From a virus (taxonomy: Duplodnaviria; Heunggongvirae; Uroviricota; Caudoviricetes): 37,643 nt of DNA. A program made the position numbers and the translations under genes. Under the pieces are notes generated by a model. It was given only the letters and a program-made list of their open reading frames with translations, was not told where the DNA came from and ran no database searches. Below, piece after piece: positions 18,123 to 30,500 of this stretch. Position 1 is the first letter of the stretch, and each line of letters begins with the position of its first letter. The stretch is taken from positions 1 to 37,643 of IMG/VR virus record IMGVR_UViG_3300036944_000513; one strand, written 5' to 3'.

Positions 18123-19892
18123 TTATTCCATCATTTTTGCTTTGCGCATCATAGGGTATGCTGGGCTATATAATGTTTTTGCATCAGCAGATTTAATTTC
18201 TGCTTCATGTTCATGCTCGACTTCTGGTTTCATCTTTAATGACTTTGATGGAAAATCTTTAAAGGATACCATACCAAGTGGCTTTCCTTCAATTCCTTGA
18301 TCGTGAATTGGAGCATCAATTCCAGTAAATGTGTCCTTTGGAGTCCCTCCAATTTCTTCCTGCACAACTTCTTCTTCAACCGGAGAATTATATCCAGCTA
18401 ATTGTTGTTGTACAGTTTGAGCCTGTTTAAATTGGCTTAGTGTTTTAGACATTGGGGGTGCTCCGATTAGATATGGGCCGTTTGAATTTAAATCCGATTG
18501 CTTTTCTTTTCTTTTATTTGTAGTAATTCTACGTGCTCTAACTTTTCTACCAGAGGTAGTTATCTTATAATCTGAGCTATATGCAGTTTCTTCAATTTCT
18601 CCGGGCTCAGAAACTACCGTAGTATGTGTTCCATATTCATTTGCAAATGATGTATCTGGATGCAAACTGAGTTTAGACATAACTTTAGTATGTTTTTCCA
18701 TGTATAACATGTCTTGATCGGAGATTCCCAATAAATTCATTGTATCATGTGCAATACTAAGTTTCATAATATATTGATGAACCATTTCTTGCGTAGCAAA
18801 TCCGCCTTTAACCGCTGCTTTTTCAATGCCAAACATCAAATCCAATGCTTGAATTGCTTGAAGAACAAATTTAGGATTAAGATCAGTTCTTTTAACCAAT
18901 TCACCCATTTGTTTTGTGGCAGTTGGACACATATCAAAGTGTTTTGTAGTATAACCTTGATAAGAAATTTGTTTGTGAGTTCCTTGCATCTCTTCTAATT
19001 GAGATTTTGTCATGCAAAGAGCAGGAATTTTCTTTTCGCTAAATTTATTTCTATAAGTTGCAGGAAAATTTTCTTTTAATGCTGGCTTAGAACTTCTTTT
19101 AAAAGAATCATCCATTTCAGAAATATCTTTGATCCAATGTTTTACACGCGCCCCAGAATTTAATTCAACTGTAACATAAGATGCACCGCAGGAAACAATT
19201 TCTCCAGTTCCACCACCCTTAATTTGAACCATTTCACCCAAATTAAATATTTCACCATCTACATAACGCTCTCGAATATCTCTATGTTCTTTCAATGACA
19301 TTCCTCTGCGAACATCGTTAAACATTTGTCTAACATAGCTTTCTTGCATATAGATTGGCGCAAGTTCTTTGAATTTTTTGAAGTCGTTTTCTTCTGCGAC
19401 TTTTCTCATTTTTGATGAGCTACTTCCTTCTGCACCATCGACGCCGGGGTTTCTATCGCCGGATGACATTACTTTAATTGTTTCAAAATTAAAATTGCCG
19501 TGATCGCCCTCGACGCCATTATACTTATTAATTAGATTCTCAATTTCATCTTTTCTATTGGAATCAGTGAATACTGTTACATGTTTATTTCCAGAAGAAT
19601 ATAATTTGCTCAAATGATGCAACATTGAAGGTGCATTTTTTGTAGATAGCTTTATATTTGTTTTTGGAAAAACAGTTTTCGCATATGCTAATTTCTCAGT
19701 TGGAGATAGTGGATTATTTTTTGGATCTTTTGAATGTGTTAAAACAACCTCATGGATAGCTCCTTGAGATTTAGCTTCTTTCATTAGAGAATTTATTAAT
19801 TTCTCATGCCCAGAAGTTAGCGGATTCATTTGCCCAAATGCAAATACAACTCGCTTTTCTTTTTCTTCTTTGATAAACGCTTTAAAATCCAT
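18123..19892 (-). CDS. Cytidylyltransferase-like (HIGH-superfamily) nucleotidyltransferase with long C-terminal extension
   Basis: VFAFGQMNPLTSGHEKL (HIGH-type), KNNPL, SSGDRNP...SSSKMRK, then an RERYVDGEIFNLGE...GEIV...YVTV module, as in T4-like phage homologues. Confidence 0.75.
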   Translation of the reverse strand: MDFKAFIKEEKEKRVVFAFGQMNPLTSGHEKLINSLMKEAKSQGAIHEVVLTHSKDPKNNPLSPTEKLAYAKTVFPKTNIKLSTKNAPSMLHHLSKLYSSGNKHVTVFTDSNRKDEIENLINKYNGVEGDHGNFNFETIKVMSSGDRNPGVDGAEGSSSSKMRKVAEENDFKKFKELAPIYMQESYVRQMFNDVRRGMSLKEHRDIRERYVDGEIFNLGEMVQIKGGGTGEIVSCGASYVTVELNSGARVKHWIKDISEMDDSFKRSSKPALKENFPATYRNKFSEKKIPALCMTKSQLEEMQGTHKQISYQGYTTKHFDMCPTATKQMGELVKRTDLNPKFVLQAIQALDLMFGIEKAAVKGGFATQEMVHQYIMKLSIAHDTMNLLGISDQDMLYMEKHTKVMSKLSLHPDTSFANEYGTHTTVVSEPGEIEETAYSSDYKITTSGRKVRARRITTNKRKEKQSDLNSNGPYLIGAPPMSKTLSQFKQAQTVQQQLAGYNSPVEEEVVQEEIGGTPKDTFTGIDAPIHDQGIEGKPLGMVSFKDFPSKSLKMKPEVEHEHEAEIKSADAKTLYSPAYPMMRKAKMME

Positions 19893-19922
19893 ATTTACCT
19901 ATTAAATGTGACAGATATCTCT

Positions 19923-19930
19923 TATTTATA
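19923..19930 (-). promoter_or_regulatory. T4-type late promoter TATAAATA
   Basis: Exact consensus, intergenic, 31 nt upstream of the ATG at 19892. Confidence 0.75.
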
Positions 19931-19938
19931 ATACTAAA

Positions 19939-20454
19939 TTATTCATATAATTCAGCCCATGATAAAATACTCTCATCCCATTTATATAATTTTCCATCAA
20001 CTGGATATGGAACTGGAGCAGTCCACATCTTAGTTCTTTCATTAAATGACCATGATGCATGAGGACTATCTTCGATTGATAGTTTCTCTAATTTTAATCT
20101 ATTTTTCCAGTATTCACCTGATACGCCTTCAATGAAATATGGCGAATTACTCTCGGGTGCAATATCAGATAATTCACCATCTTCATCTCGAATAGCAAAT
20201 ACACAATACCACAATACATCATCAGTAATTGCAGTAAATTTATGCGAATGTTCTTTTTTAATAACAATAAAAGTTGGAGCTACAAATATTTTAGGTGGAT
20301 GCCCATCAATCTGAACTTCAACCGAGCCTGTTGCCAATAAACTAACATGGTCAAATAAATGATAATGTCCATGAGTTGACTCGCCTGCTTTTTTTAGGAC
20401 ATTTTGACGAACCCAAATATTTCCAATGTATCCTAAATCATGCTCAATCTTCAT
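19939..20454 (-). CDS. Cupin-fold protein with C-terminal Trp/Pro module
   Basis: Cupin motifs GHYHLFDHVSLLATGSVEV...APTFIVIKKEHSHKF...WYCVF; C-terminal WTAPVPYPVDGKLYKWDE...W. Confidence 0.75.
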   Translation of the reverse strand: MKIEHDLGYIGNIWVRQNVLKKAGESTHGHYHLFDHVSLLATGSVEVQIDGHPPKIFVAPTFIVIKKEHSHKFTAITDDVLWYCVFAIRDEDGELSDIAPESNSPYFIEGVSGEYWKNRLKLEKLSIEDSPHASWSFNERTKMWTAPVPYPVDGKLYKWDESILSWAELYE

Positions 20455-20463
20455 AATAAATCC

Positions 20464-20838
20464 TTACGGCATAGTTGCAATAGTAGTAACCTCAATCCAA
20501 GTTAATGCATCTTTATCCCATGCCAATGTTTTTCCATCATCCGTATAACGAACTTTTGGTTCCCACTGACAAGTTTCTTCAATTAATGTCCATCCTTCAT
20601 ATGGGATAGGCGGAATAAATGCATCTCTGTCTGCATCATATTTATAACCAAATCCAGCATAATTTTTTCTAAATTTACCATTGTAGCTAGTTTGTTTCCA
20701 AGTTCCGCCAAATAAATTTTCACATAAGTCTATTCCGGCTTGTTCGCTTTCAATGCCATCTATTGTGATATCTTCGTTATTAACCACTACCCCATCAATA
20801 ACTATGTTGTTTTCATCTAATTGTACAAAATGTGCCAT
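20464..20838 (-). CDS. Small tail-fibre-associated protein (MAHF family), paralogue of 33233..33859
   Basis: The start is probably ATG at 20838 (MAHFVQLDENNIV), with SD AAGGA at 20846-20850, rather than 20892, which would overlap the upstream gene. Motif RKNYAGFGYKYD...DAF. Confidence 0.7.
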   Translation of the reverse strand: MAHFVQLDENNIVIDGVVVNNEDITIDGIESEQAGIDLCENLFGGTWKQTSYNGKFRKNYAGFGYKYDADRDAFIPPIPYEGWTLIEETCQWEPKVRYTDDGKTLAWDKDALTWIEVTTIATMP

Positions 20839-20849
20839 AATATTATCCT

Positions 20850-23666
20850 TTACGTTACTGCGAATGTACCGGCACCGGTAAATGTATGACAAACATACCC
20901 CGGCCTAACAGTCGTACTAATTGTTCCACCGGTTGCCAACGCAGATGTTCCCGCATAAGATACAATTACAATCCCACTTCCACCTTGAGCGCCTAATCCG
21001 TTATCTTGAGATGAGTGAACGTCTGATGTTCCACCGCCACCGCCACCAGTATAAGCATTTCCATCATACCCATATGCTTTAGTTTGAGAACCATACACAT
21101 TTCCGCCATATCCGCCGCCGCCAAGACCACCGGGGCCACCGGAAGCAGCATCTGCAAGCAAGCCACCTCCACCACCGCCGCCAGCAAAATATCCAGCAGG
21201 AACACCGCCAATTAAAGCAAATTCAGGATATTGATATCCATTTCCACCAGATCCACCCGTGTTTGTTGCAATAACTCCGCCAGTTCCACCCTGAGTAGCT
21301 GCACCGCCGCCACCGCCTTGACCACCATTTGCAGTTACGCCGCCGCCTTGACCCTGCCCCTGAGTCCATAGTTTAGTTCCAACACCGGCAGAAGAGCCAC
21401 CAATAACAGTTGAGTTATTACCTTGACCGCCATATGAAACATATGATCCAAATGATGAGTTTGCGCCGCTTACGTTTGTTGCTCCACCGAGTCCAACTGC
21501 AACCGAATATGATGCACCCGAGTATGCAATAATTGGCGGGCCATTTGGAATTTTGGTAGTTTTATTATTTCCATAATAAAGTAATCCACCAGCACCGCCA
21601 CCAGCAGTTCGTTTTCGTCCGCCACCACCACCACCTGCAACAACTAATACTTCAAGTGCAAGAGTTTTATCCTGTTCAAGTGGAGCAGGAGTAAATGCCG
21701 ATGTATATCTTGCTACGCCCCGCGTAATACGAAGATCATCGATGTAACCATTTAAAGGAGAAGCTAAACTTCCATCAGCACCAATTACTGCGCGAGTAGC
21801 ATTTCCCCAAATAGCAGTTGAAACACTAGTAGTAGTTCCCGCCAAAGCACCGTTGACAAACCCACGAACAGTACTGCCGGAACGAGTAAAAGCAATATGA
21901 TTCCAAGTATTAATAGTTGGAACAACTGTAGTGTATCCAGTTGTTCCACTTGATCCATGAACATCAAATCTTATTTTTCCATCAGAGTTAAAGAAAAATA
22001 CTATTCTACCGGCACCTTCTGTGCCAATTGTAAATATAGATGGATTTCCAGAAAAACTAGTTGCATATACCCATGCTTCAACTGTAAAATCTCCAGCAAG
22101 TAATAAATCAGTGGCATCTGAAATTAATACATAATCTCCAGTACCATCAAAATACATAGAATATGGGTTAAATTTAGTAACTGCACTTGATAATTTAGCA
22201 TCACCAGCAGTAATTAAATTAGTGTTAGTATTTTTATCATAAATTGCAGCGTTGTCAAAATTTAATAGTAAAGAAGTATTTGGAATTGCAGTTAATAATC
22301 CAGTTGGGGGAGTAAATCTGGAAGTATACACTAATGACTTAGTAACTCTATAACTACTTATATATCCTTTAAAAAAGCCTGCGTTGCCGTTGTTAATACC
22401 ACCCACATTAAATGTAGATCCAGCATCATATGTAGTAGAACTATAAGTACCAATTGCACCCGGAATACCGTTGAAATAAGTTTTAATAGACCCTGCACTA
22501 TATGTCACTGCAATATGAAACCATTGATTAAAGGGATATTGACCGGTTACATTTGCACCCGAGCCATCATTGCCCTGCCAGCCAAATACATTTCCGGGGT
22601 AATTTCGTATAATGTTAGATTGTCCAGAGCCACCATCAAATAATCCAACCAAAGAAGTTCCGGTTAAATATACCCATGCTTCAATTGTCACGCTGCCAGA
22701 GGATGTTAAAACTGACCCCGGCATAGATAGATAATCAGTAGTGCCGTTAAAATACCCACTCGTGCCATGAATATTTTTATCATACTCAACAGTTTGATTA
22801 AATGGTGAATTGGCAATGCTTCTTGGGGTGCCTGCGACGGTTGGTGTAATATTAAATGGAGAGTTATCTTTGAATCTATTATCCTGACATGTCAATAAAA
22901 CTGTCCCCGGAATTGCGGTTAATGGGGAAGTTGGTGGAGTAAAGTAGGTGGTGTAAAGTACGACCCCATTTAGTATGCGTACATTACTAATATATCCATT
23001 AAAATATACTACATTTGAAACTCTTCCAATTTGGAATGCTGCAGTGCCACCTAAATTGACACTTCCAGTGTATGTAGAGCCTTCTTGTACGCCATTCAAG
23101 AATAGTTTCCAGTTACCAACCGATCCAGATAGTGCAACGTGATACCACGTATTAGGTAACAGTGTTGTTGTGCCGGTAATATTACTGGTATTACCATTTA
23201 AAAATATTAATAGTTTAGATGCATTTGTTCTAATTGCAACGCCAGAGTTACCATCAGTATATCTAGATACTATCGTTTGATCTACTGACGGAGTAGATGT
23301 ATTAAACCAAGCCTCTATAGTAATCGCGGAGGCAGAAGATCCAGAACCAAATGTGGTTCCATATGCTACCTCAATCGCATCGGTGCTGCCATTAAAATAA
23401 GCACTCCACCCAACTGGACTAAATGGAGAAAATGATCCCTGAGTAGGGGTTCCGACTGAGGTTATCGCCAATCCATTGCCACTAGAATCTACCAATGTTT
23501 TATTTTGAAACCCTACACTATTTTTTTTCTGCCCCTGTATCAGCAATGCGGTATTTCTATTAAGACTTTCTGGAGTGAGTGTCGGCGTTGCAGGAAAATA
23601 TCTCGCTACTTGACGATCATATGCACCCGATAAATCAAAAATACCTTTGGAATTTTTTTCTGCCAT
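20850..23666 (-). CDS. Putative adhesin: three LamG/concanavalin-A-like lectin domains plus C-terminal glycine-rich domain
   Basis: Three units of YFxGxxDY...FTxEAW...WxHxAxx...FxNG...GYIxxxRI; then EVLVVAGGGGGG...GGSGIVIVSY...HTFTG. Confidence 0.8.
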   Translation of the reverse strand: MAEKNSKGIFDLSGAYDRQVARYFPATPTLTPESLNRNTALLIQGQKKNSVGFQNKTLVDSSGNGLAITSVGTPTQGSFSPFSPVGWSAYFNGSTDAIEVAYGTTFGSGSSASAITIEAWFNTSTPSVDQTIVSRYTDGNSGVAIRTNASKLLIFLNGNTSNITGTTTLLPNTWYHVALSGSVGNWKLFLNGVQEGSTYTGSVNLGGTAAFQIGRVSNVVYFNGYISNVRILNGVVLYTTYFTPPTSPLTAIPGTVLLTCQDNRFKDNSPFNITPTVAGTPRSIANSPFNQTVEYDKNIHGTSGYFNGTTDYLSMPGSVLTSSGSVTIEAWVYLTGTSLVGLFDGGSGQSNIIRNYPGNVFGWQGNDGSGANVTGQYPFNQWFHIAVTYSAGSIKTYFNGIPGAIGTYSSTTYDAGSTFNVGGINNGNAGFFKGYISSYRVTKSLVYTSRFTPPTGLLTAIPNTSLLLNFDNAAIYDKNTNTNLITAGDAKLSSAVTKFNPYSMYFDGTGDYVLISDATDLLLAGDFTVEAWVYATSFSGNPSIFTIGTEGAGRIVFFFNSDGKIRFDVHGSSGTTGYTTVVPTINTWNHIAFTRSGSTVRGFVNGALAGTTTSVSTAIWGNATRAVIGADGSLASPLNGYIDDLRITRGVARYTSAFTPAPLEQDKTLALEVLVVAGGGGGGRKRTAGGGAGGLLYYGNNKTTKIPNGPPIIAYSGASYSVAVGLGGATNVSGANSSFGSYVSYGGQGNNSTVIGGSSAGVGTKLWTQGQGQGGGVTANGGQGGGGGAATQGGTGGVIATNTGGSGGNGYQYPEFALIGGVPAGYFAGGGGGGGLLADAASGGPGGLGGGGYGGNVYGSQTKAYGYDGNAYTGGGGGGTSDVHSSQDNGLGAQGGSGIVIVSYAGTSALATGGTISTTVRPGYVCHTFTGAGTFAVT

Positions 23667-23695
23667 TTTTTATTTAACCAATAAATTTATTTTAA

Positions 23696-23703
23696 TATTT
23701 ATA
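23696..23703 (-). promoter_or_regulatory. T4-type late promoter TATAAATA
   Basis: Exact consensus, intergenic, 30 nt upstream of the ATG at 23666. Confidence 0.75.
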
Positions 23704-23709
23704 CCAATT

Positions 23710-26700
23710 TTATGGCAGTAAACCAAGTCTTGGGGGTGGAGTAAAGTTAGTTGTGTATTTTGCAGCGCCACCTATTGCACGTAAATCATCTATATAGCCA
23801 AATATATTTGAACTAGTAGTATCCCAATTACCACCACCGATTCTAGAGCCATTATTATCATTAAATTGGAATGCAGTAGCAAGCGTCAAAGGAGTTCCAG
23901 CAACACCATTTGTAAATACTTTAATAGTAGTACCACTTCTAGTAACAGCAACATGTGTCCATTGATTAAGTGAAAGATTTGGACCAGTTGCAGTATTAGA
24001 CCCGCCACCGGGAGCAACATTAATCATAGGAGTTAATCCATCAACCCTAAATGCACAGGCACTTCCAGAATATGCGGCAGTCGCAGACGATAAAATAGTC
24101 GCATAAGTATTTTGAGCAGTTAAATAAACCCATGCTTCAATTGTAAAATCACCAGTACCAAAGTTAAGATTTGGATTTGCTGGCAGTGTCAAATAATCCC
24201 CAGTACCATCAAAGTACATGCTATTATTGCCATATTTTTTAATACTTGTGCGAAGTTTCGTATCAGCAATCGTACTTATATTATTTCTTCCAGTAGCATC
24301 ATACATACCGGCATTGGCACCTTTTACTAATAGCACAGTTCCGGGAACATCTTTTAATATTGTTGGTGGTGTAAATGAGGCGATATAAAGTGCAGTGCCT
24401 TTTACTACACGAACTGAAGAAATATATCCAAATGAGCCACCATTATTTGTACCATTTCTTCCAATTTCAGCCGTTCCAGCAGCAAAATTAGTGGTAGTTG
24501 CAACGGAAATAACTTGAACTCCGTTAAGATATCCTCGCACCACTCCATTATTTCTGGAAAAAGCGATATGCTGCCATGTATTTAATACTACCGTTCCACC
24601 GGAAACTTGCCCAATTGCAGAATTATACCAGTACAAAGTTCCCCCAGACGTAAAAACTTGTATAGAATTACCGGTCATTGATATCAGGGTAAACTGAGAG
24701 GATGCAGTTGGATATACCCAACCTTCAATAGTGAAATCAAAAGTACCCATTCCCAGTAAAGGCGAACTTGGAATATCTAACCTTTCATTGCCACCATTAA
24801 AATACATACTACCATTTTCAATAATATCATATTGCGCAGTAGTAGTTGCCGTAAATGGTGTCAATGACTGTATTTGTGGAGAGCCGGTTTGAGTAAAAGT
24901 CAATGCATTTATTGAATTATCTCTAAATAAACTGTCTTGACAAGTCAATAAAACTGTTCCGGGAATAGCTGTTAATGGCGCAGTTGGTGGAATAAACGAA
25001 GAAGTATATACCGCAGTACCTTTTACAACTCTAACATTGGAAATATATACGCCACCACTGCCACCAGTTGGGCCAATATATCTTGCCGTACTGTTATTAG
25101 TATAATCAAATGTATTTGCAGCACTATATAACTGCACCCCATTAATAAAAACTTTTAATACCCCTGATACTCGACATACAGCAAAATGTGACCAAGTATT
25201 TAAAACTATAGATCCAACATTTAATAAATTGCCACCATTTTCTTGCCAATATAGCTGACTACTATATGTCAATAGAGACCAAGAACTGGAACTGGTTGCC
25301 GCCGTCAATAAATTATGAGCGGTGCCAGTATTGTATGCCCACATTTCAACCGTAAAGTCACTGGTACGAAACATTTGACCATCGCCCATACTTACAGTTA
25401 AGTAATCTGAAGTAGTTGGAAAATAATTACTATTTCCAACATAATCAACCGTTGTACCAATTGCTTTTTGAGCAGGATAAAAAGGCGAGAATGGTTGTAT
25501 TGAGGGTGTGCTAGTAATAGTTAATGCTATTGCATTGACTGAATTATCTTTGAATCTATTATTTTGACAGGTTAATAATATAGTTCCGGGGACTGCAGTT
25601 AGTGCATTTGTAGGAGGTAAAAAATTACTAGTATATAAAGCAGCCCCATTTACTAATCTAACATCAGACAAATATCCAGTCCATAGATATCCCCCAGATG
25701 GATTCGCCCCTATTGTAACACCGCCGCCATTTCCAACGGTTCCAGAAATAGTGTTAGTTCCTATAGAAATTCCATTAACATAACAGGTTACGGTTGAACC
25801 AACTCTAACCCATGCAATATGTGTCCACGCATTTAATGGAACCGACGTAGAAGTACCCCATGAATAATCTGCACCGCCATACACATTTACCCATGGTTGA
25901 CCGCCGCTACCAGTTAATGCGAAATACAATCTGCCTGACGCTTCGCTTCCAACGGTAAAAAATGCAGATGTTGATCCATAGGCAGTTATATATGCCCAAC
26001 ATTCAAAAGTAAAATTTCCAGAGCATTCTACATTATACGATGCGGTTTTTAAATAGCCGCTATTATTTAAATAATTACTCCATCCATTTGCACTAATAGG
26101 AGAAAAAGTTCCCTGTGCCGGAGTTCCTGCGATAGTAATTAAATTTTTAGCCGAACTAGAATCATAAAAAGTACTATTTACAATTTCATTATCATTTTGG
26201 AATGTCAATAATGTAGTATTAGTAATTGCAGTTAAGGGGGCAGTTGGAGGAATAAAATTACCACCATAAACAGCAGTTCCATTAACAACTCGGAAATCGG
26301 ACAAAGATAATCCTGCTGCAATTTCGCCAGCATCGTAATTTCTTCCAATTGATAATGTAGTAGAGGCATAATTGACTGCCTGTGTAAATGGCGTATTTGC
26401 TAATTTCCCATTTATATAAACATAGACTGCAAGTAAACTTCTAACAACTGCAATATGATACCATACGCCGGGAATAAATGTATATGAAAATCCTCGCTCA
26501 GTTCCATTTAAATATAATCTAAGTCCAGTTGAAGTTCTACCAATAATAGTTCTAGTAGTTCCATAGAATTCATAAGAAGTTTGATTCGAGGCAGTAGTAG
26601 CTCCCCATTTCATCCAAGATTCAATGGTAAAGTCTGCCGAAGTACCAAAATTCGCACCAGTAAATGCGGTATTATTCAATAATGCTGAATTTATATAGGC

Positions 26701-27561
26701 AGAGCCATATGATGAATATAATGAAGGGATAGTTGAAGAAAATGGAGTAAATGATTTTATTGACGGGACTCCGCTTACAACCATTGTAGTTGGATTACTT
26801 CTTTCTACGTGATACGAATCCATGCATGCCAATATGGCAGTTCCGGGAATTATTGTCAATGGGGAAGTTGGTGGGACAAAATTTGAAGAATATAGTGCAA
26901 TACCATTAACTAATCTAAAATTTGATATATGACCAACCCATGATCGAGAATTTCTTATATCAGATCCAATATTATGAACTCGCGCAGTTTGCGACATTGC
27001 CGCCAATGCCTGACTTGCATTCAATATTCCATCGATATATAATTTATAATTTGTGCCATCATATACAAATGCAATGTGATGCCACTTACCATCAGTAACG
27101 GTTGTCGTACCATTTAAAGTAAGAGTACCCGAACCACCATATATCCAAATAGAGTTTCCAGACGAATCTAATCCAATTACAAAAATATCAGTCACCGACC
27201 ATTCAGCAGTAGCGCCATTTTTACATAATCCAGCATACGCAGTTTTATTTACGGTATTCACCCAACACTCAAGGGTGAATGCAGTTGCGCCCATAAAAAC
27301 TGCCGAAGTGGTAACATAATCCGCAGATGTAGCAAAATAATTACTATAATACCCCGGCTGATATGGATGCTCATTACTGGCTCTTGCAGATGTTGGAGTA
27401 AGCATCCATTTATTCGTAGAAGCATCATCAATATATGTAACTTCGTTTGTCCCAATTAATAGGGAAGTCTTTTCAAAATAATCATAAAAAGCGGTAGGCC
27501 AAACTCCACTAAGTTGTTTATTATAAACTTCAGATAGAGTAAATGTTGATTTAAATGACAT
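23710..27561 (-). CDS. Putative adhesin with six tandem LamG/concanavalin-A-like domains
   Basis: Six units with FTxExW...WxHxAxxR...GYISxxRxVxGxAxY, mostly closed by FxPPTxPLTAIxxTxLL. Confidence 0.82.
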   Translation of the reverse strand: MSFKSTFTLSEVYNKQLSGVWPTAFYDYFEKTSLLIGTNEVTYIDDASTNKWMLTPTSARASNEHPYQPGYYSNYFATSADYVTTSAVFMGATAFTLECWVNTVNKTAYAGLCKNGATAEWSVTDIFVIGLDSSGNSIWIYGGSGTLTLNGTTTVTDGKWHHIAFVYDGTNYKLYIDGILNASQALAAMSQTARVHNIGSDIRNSRSWVGHISNFRLVNGIALYSSNFVPPTSPLTIIPGTAILACMDSYHVERSNPTTMVVSGVPSIKSFTPFSSTIPSLYSSYGSAYINSALLNNTAFTGANFGTSADFTIESWMKWGATTASNQTSYEFYGTTRTIIGRTSTGLRLYLNGTERGFSYTFIPGVWYHIAVVRSLLAVYVYINGKLANTPFTQAVNYASTTLSIGRNYDAGEIAAGLSLSDFRVVNGTAVYGGNFIPPTAPLTAITNTTLLTFQNDNEIVNSTFYDSSSAKNLITIAGTPAQGTFSPISANGWSNYLNNSGYLKTASYNVECSGNFTFECWAYITAYGSTSAFFTVGSEASGRLYFALTGSGGQPWVNVYGGADYSWGTSTSVPLNAWTHIAWVRVGSTVTCYVNGISIGTNTISGTVGNGGGVTIGANPSGGYLWTGYLSDVRLVNGAALYTSNFLPPTNALTAVPGTILLTCQNNRFKDNSVNAIALTITSTPSIQPFSPFYPAQKAIGTTVDYVGNSNYFPTTSDYLTVSMGDGQMFRTSDFTVEMWAYNTGTAHNLLTAATSSSSWSLLTYSSQLYWQENGGNLLNVGSIVLNTWSHFAVCRVSGVLKVFINGVQLYSAANTFDYTNNSTARYIGPTGGSGGVYISNVRVVKGTAVYTSSFIPPTAPLTAIPGTVLLTCQDSLFRDNSINALTFTQTGSPQIQSLTPFTATTTAQYDIIENGSMYFNGGNERLDIPSSPLLGMGTFDFTIEGWVYPTASSQFTLISMTGNSIQVFTSGGTLYWYNSAIGQVSGGTVVLNTWQHIAFSRNNGVVRGYLNGVQVISVATTTNFAAGTAEIGRNGTNNGGSFGYISSVRVVKGTALYIASFTPPTILKDVPGTVLLVKGANAGMYDATGRNNISTIADTKLRTSIKKYGNNSMYFDGTGDYLTLPANPNLNFGTGDFTIEAWVYLTAQNTYATILSSATAAYSGSACAFRVDGLTPMINVAPGGGSNTATGPNLSLNQWTHVAVTRSGTTIKVFTNGVAGTPLTLATAFQFNDNNGSRIGGGNWDTTSSNIFGYIDDLRAIGGAAKYTTNFTPPPRLGLLP

Positions 27562-27567
27562 AGAATA

Positions 27568-30500
27568 TTAGTAAGTTATTGAGCCGGATGAAGTCCACTT
27601 ATACACATAATTACCATTTACAAGCGTAATGGTAGGACTTCCAGTTGTTGATGTAGCTAATCCATATTTAGCTGCGCTATAAGATATGATAACTACACCG
27701 GAACCACCCGATCCACCGTAATTATTAGCTCCACCGGGATTACTTCCCGCACCACCGCCACCCCCAGTATTAGCTACTCCAGCAACTCCGGGAGAACTGT
27801 ACCCCATATTTCCACCGCCACCCAATCCACCAGTAGAAACATGAGTAGTGTAGCCATTTTCTACGCCGCCTGCTCCCCCGCCACTATAATATGTTGGAGT
27901 TCCAGTAATGCTACTTATTAACCCATTTCCACCATTGCCACTCCATTTTTGTTCACCGGTTGAGCCAGAAAATCCATATTGACCAGCGCCGCCACCGCCA
28001 CCGCCAACTCGTGGGCCTCCGCCTAAGCCGCCCCGTGATCCCTGTCCCTGAATAATAGTTGCTGTAGGTGCAACAAATCCGCCATCGCCACCTGCTCCGC
28101 CGCCACTAGATGCCCCAGAGAATCCCGGATTATTGGCCCATGATGCTCCGCCTCCGCCGCCATATGAAATTATATCACCAAAAGTACTATTTACCCCAGC
28201 AAACGCATTTGCTGCACCAGAAGCATTATCAGAAAGACCGCCTGCACCAACAGTAACTGTTACTGTATTTCCGCGCATTATTAAATAATCTTCAACTGCA
28301 ACAAAACCACCAGCGCCACCGCCACCGCCAATAGTAGATCCTCCGCCGCCACCGCCACCAATAACTAAGCAACTAACTGATGCTACGTTTGGAGTATTAA
28401 CAGTTGACCCCTGATTAAAATATACTGTATCATTTGCACGAATGGTATATATTTTATACCCAGAAGAATATGATACATCAATTGCGTTTGCAGATTTTCC
28501 AACTATATCATATGCAATTGGGTGGCGTAAAATTACAACCCCAGTGCCACCATATCCACCATAATTCGGGCCAGCATCAGATGCGCCGCCGCCGCCACCT
28601 CCGCCGCCCAAATACATTCCACCATAGCCGCCGACAGCAATATTTGCATCACCACCGCCGCCGATGCCACCGTATCCAGAACCATAATATGAATTATATG
28701 TTTGTCCACCGCCGCCACCAGCATATGCAACATTTGAACCAGTTATACTAGAATATAATCCGGCTCCACCATTTCCGCCATTGGTTCCGTTTCCTTGCCC
28801 CCCAATGCCACCAGCACCACCACCGCCGCCGGAACCATATAATGACCCAGCAACAATTCGAGTTCCGCCGGGTGAACCTTGCCCATATATTCCAGATGAA
28901 CCACGACCTGCTCCGGCACCAGTTCCAGCATCCCCGCCACCGCTTGCCCATCCATTTGGAGCAGTTCCATTTTGATTTGATCCACCGCCACCACCACCAA
29001 TCATTTTTATCTCAAATGGAGATGTTGAATTGGTAATAGATGAAGACCCCAATTTAGTAATAACATTAACAAATGATGAATTATCTATAAACGCCGAATT
29101 TTGTAAAGTTAATAAAACTGTTGCAGAAATTGCGGTTAACGGAGAAGTCGATGGCTTAAAATTTGTAGTATAGAGTGCAGTACCTTTTAAAAGTCGTACA
29201 TTAGATATGTACCCCGACCAATTATTACCTGTGCCCCAGTTAATTCCACCAATAAATATATTATCAGCAGAGATATTACCGGTACTAGTAGCAGTAGCAA
29301 CCGATATTCCATTTATATACAATTTTGTTTGATTTGATCCAGTACCTTCTCGCACCAATGCAAAATGATACCACTCTCCAAGGACGGGATTAAAGTCATA
29401 AGTTATAACTGAAGACCCTTCAATCTGAACTACGATATTATTGCTATTGCTTCGGTAAAGTACAATACCATAATGACCACTTCCACCGAGGTGGAATAAA
29501 TGTTGCCAATGTGTGTAATCCACACTTTTAAACCATCCTTCTACGGTAAAGTTTCCAGTTCCAATTGCGAATCCGGTAGCATTTGAATCAACTTTAATTA
29601 CATCAGATGTTGAGTTATTAAAAAATCCAGACCAGTTTGAATTTACGATTGTATTTCCACCATTTCCACCCAAAGTTCCGGTAGCAGGCGATCCAGTTCC
29701 ACCAATTCCAACATTCACGAATATCGGAGATTCAAATGGGCTTCTATTTGAAATTTTTGGATTACCGTTTTTAGTAATTACTAAGTTATTTGTTGAACTA
29801 TCGTCAAATGACGTTCCCAATGTTAAAAAACTCGTGTTGGTTATTGCGGTTAGTGGTGCAGTTGGTGGAGCAAAGTTTGCAGTATAAAGTGCAGTTCCTT
29901 TTAATACTCGCAAGTTTGAGATATATCCGGGGAAATATTCGGTAGAATATGTAGGATAATCTCTACCAATCACTAAATAATTTGATGGTATTTGATAAGT
30001 TCCAGTTCCTTGCCCATCCAATACCCCGTTAAGATATAACTTAACATTATTTGTAGCAGAACCACTGCGAACTAACGCAATATGATACCATGTAAAATTT
30101 AAAATTGGAGTGGAGCAAGATACTATTCCAGTTTTTGTACCAGTTCCACCTGCTCCACTATTTGATCCACCTAACCAAAATTGTAAAACACCAGAACTTA
30201 TTCTAACCAAATTACTATCTGGATCTTGAGATCCTATGCCAAATATCCCATTTCCGTCAGCCGCTGGATTAGTTTTATATATCCAGCATTCAATCGTGAA
30301 ATCTCCAGTCAAATTAAATTGACTAGATGATGGAGTTATTAAATAATCCGTACTACCATCAAAATATCCAGAATATGAAAATGGAGCAACTGTGACTGGA
30401 ATTGTCCCAGTTGAAAATCCACCAGCGCCGCCACCAGCGCCTGCAGCAGACCCGCCACCGCCGCCACCACCAACTGCCAAATATTCTAACGATGTTATTG

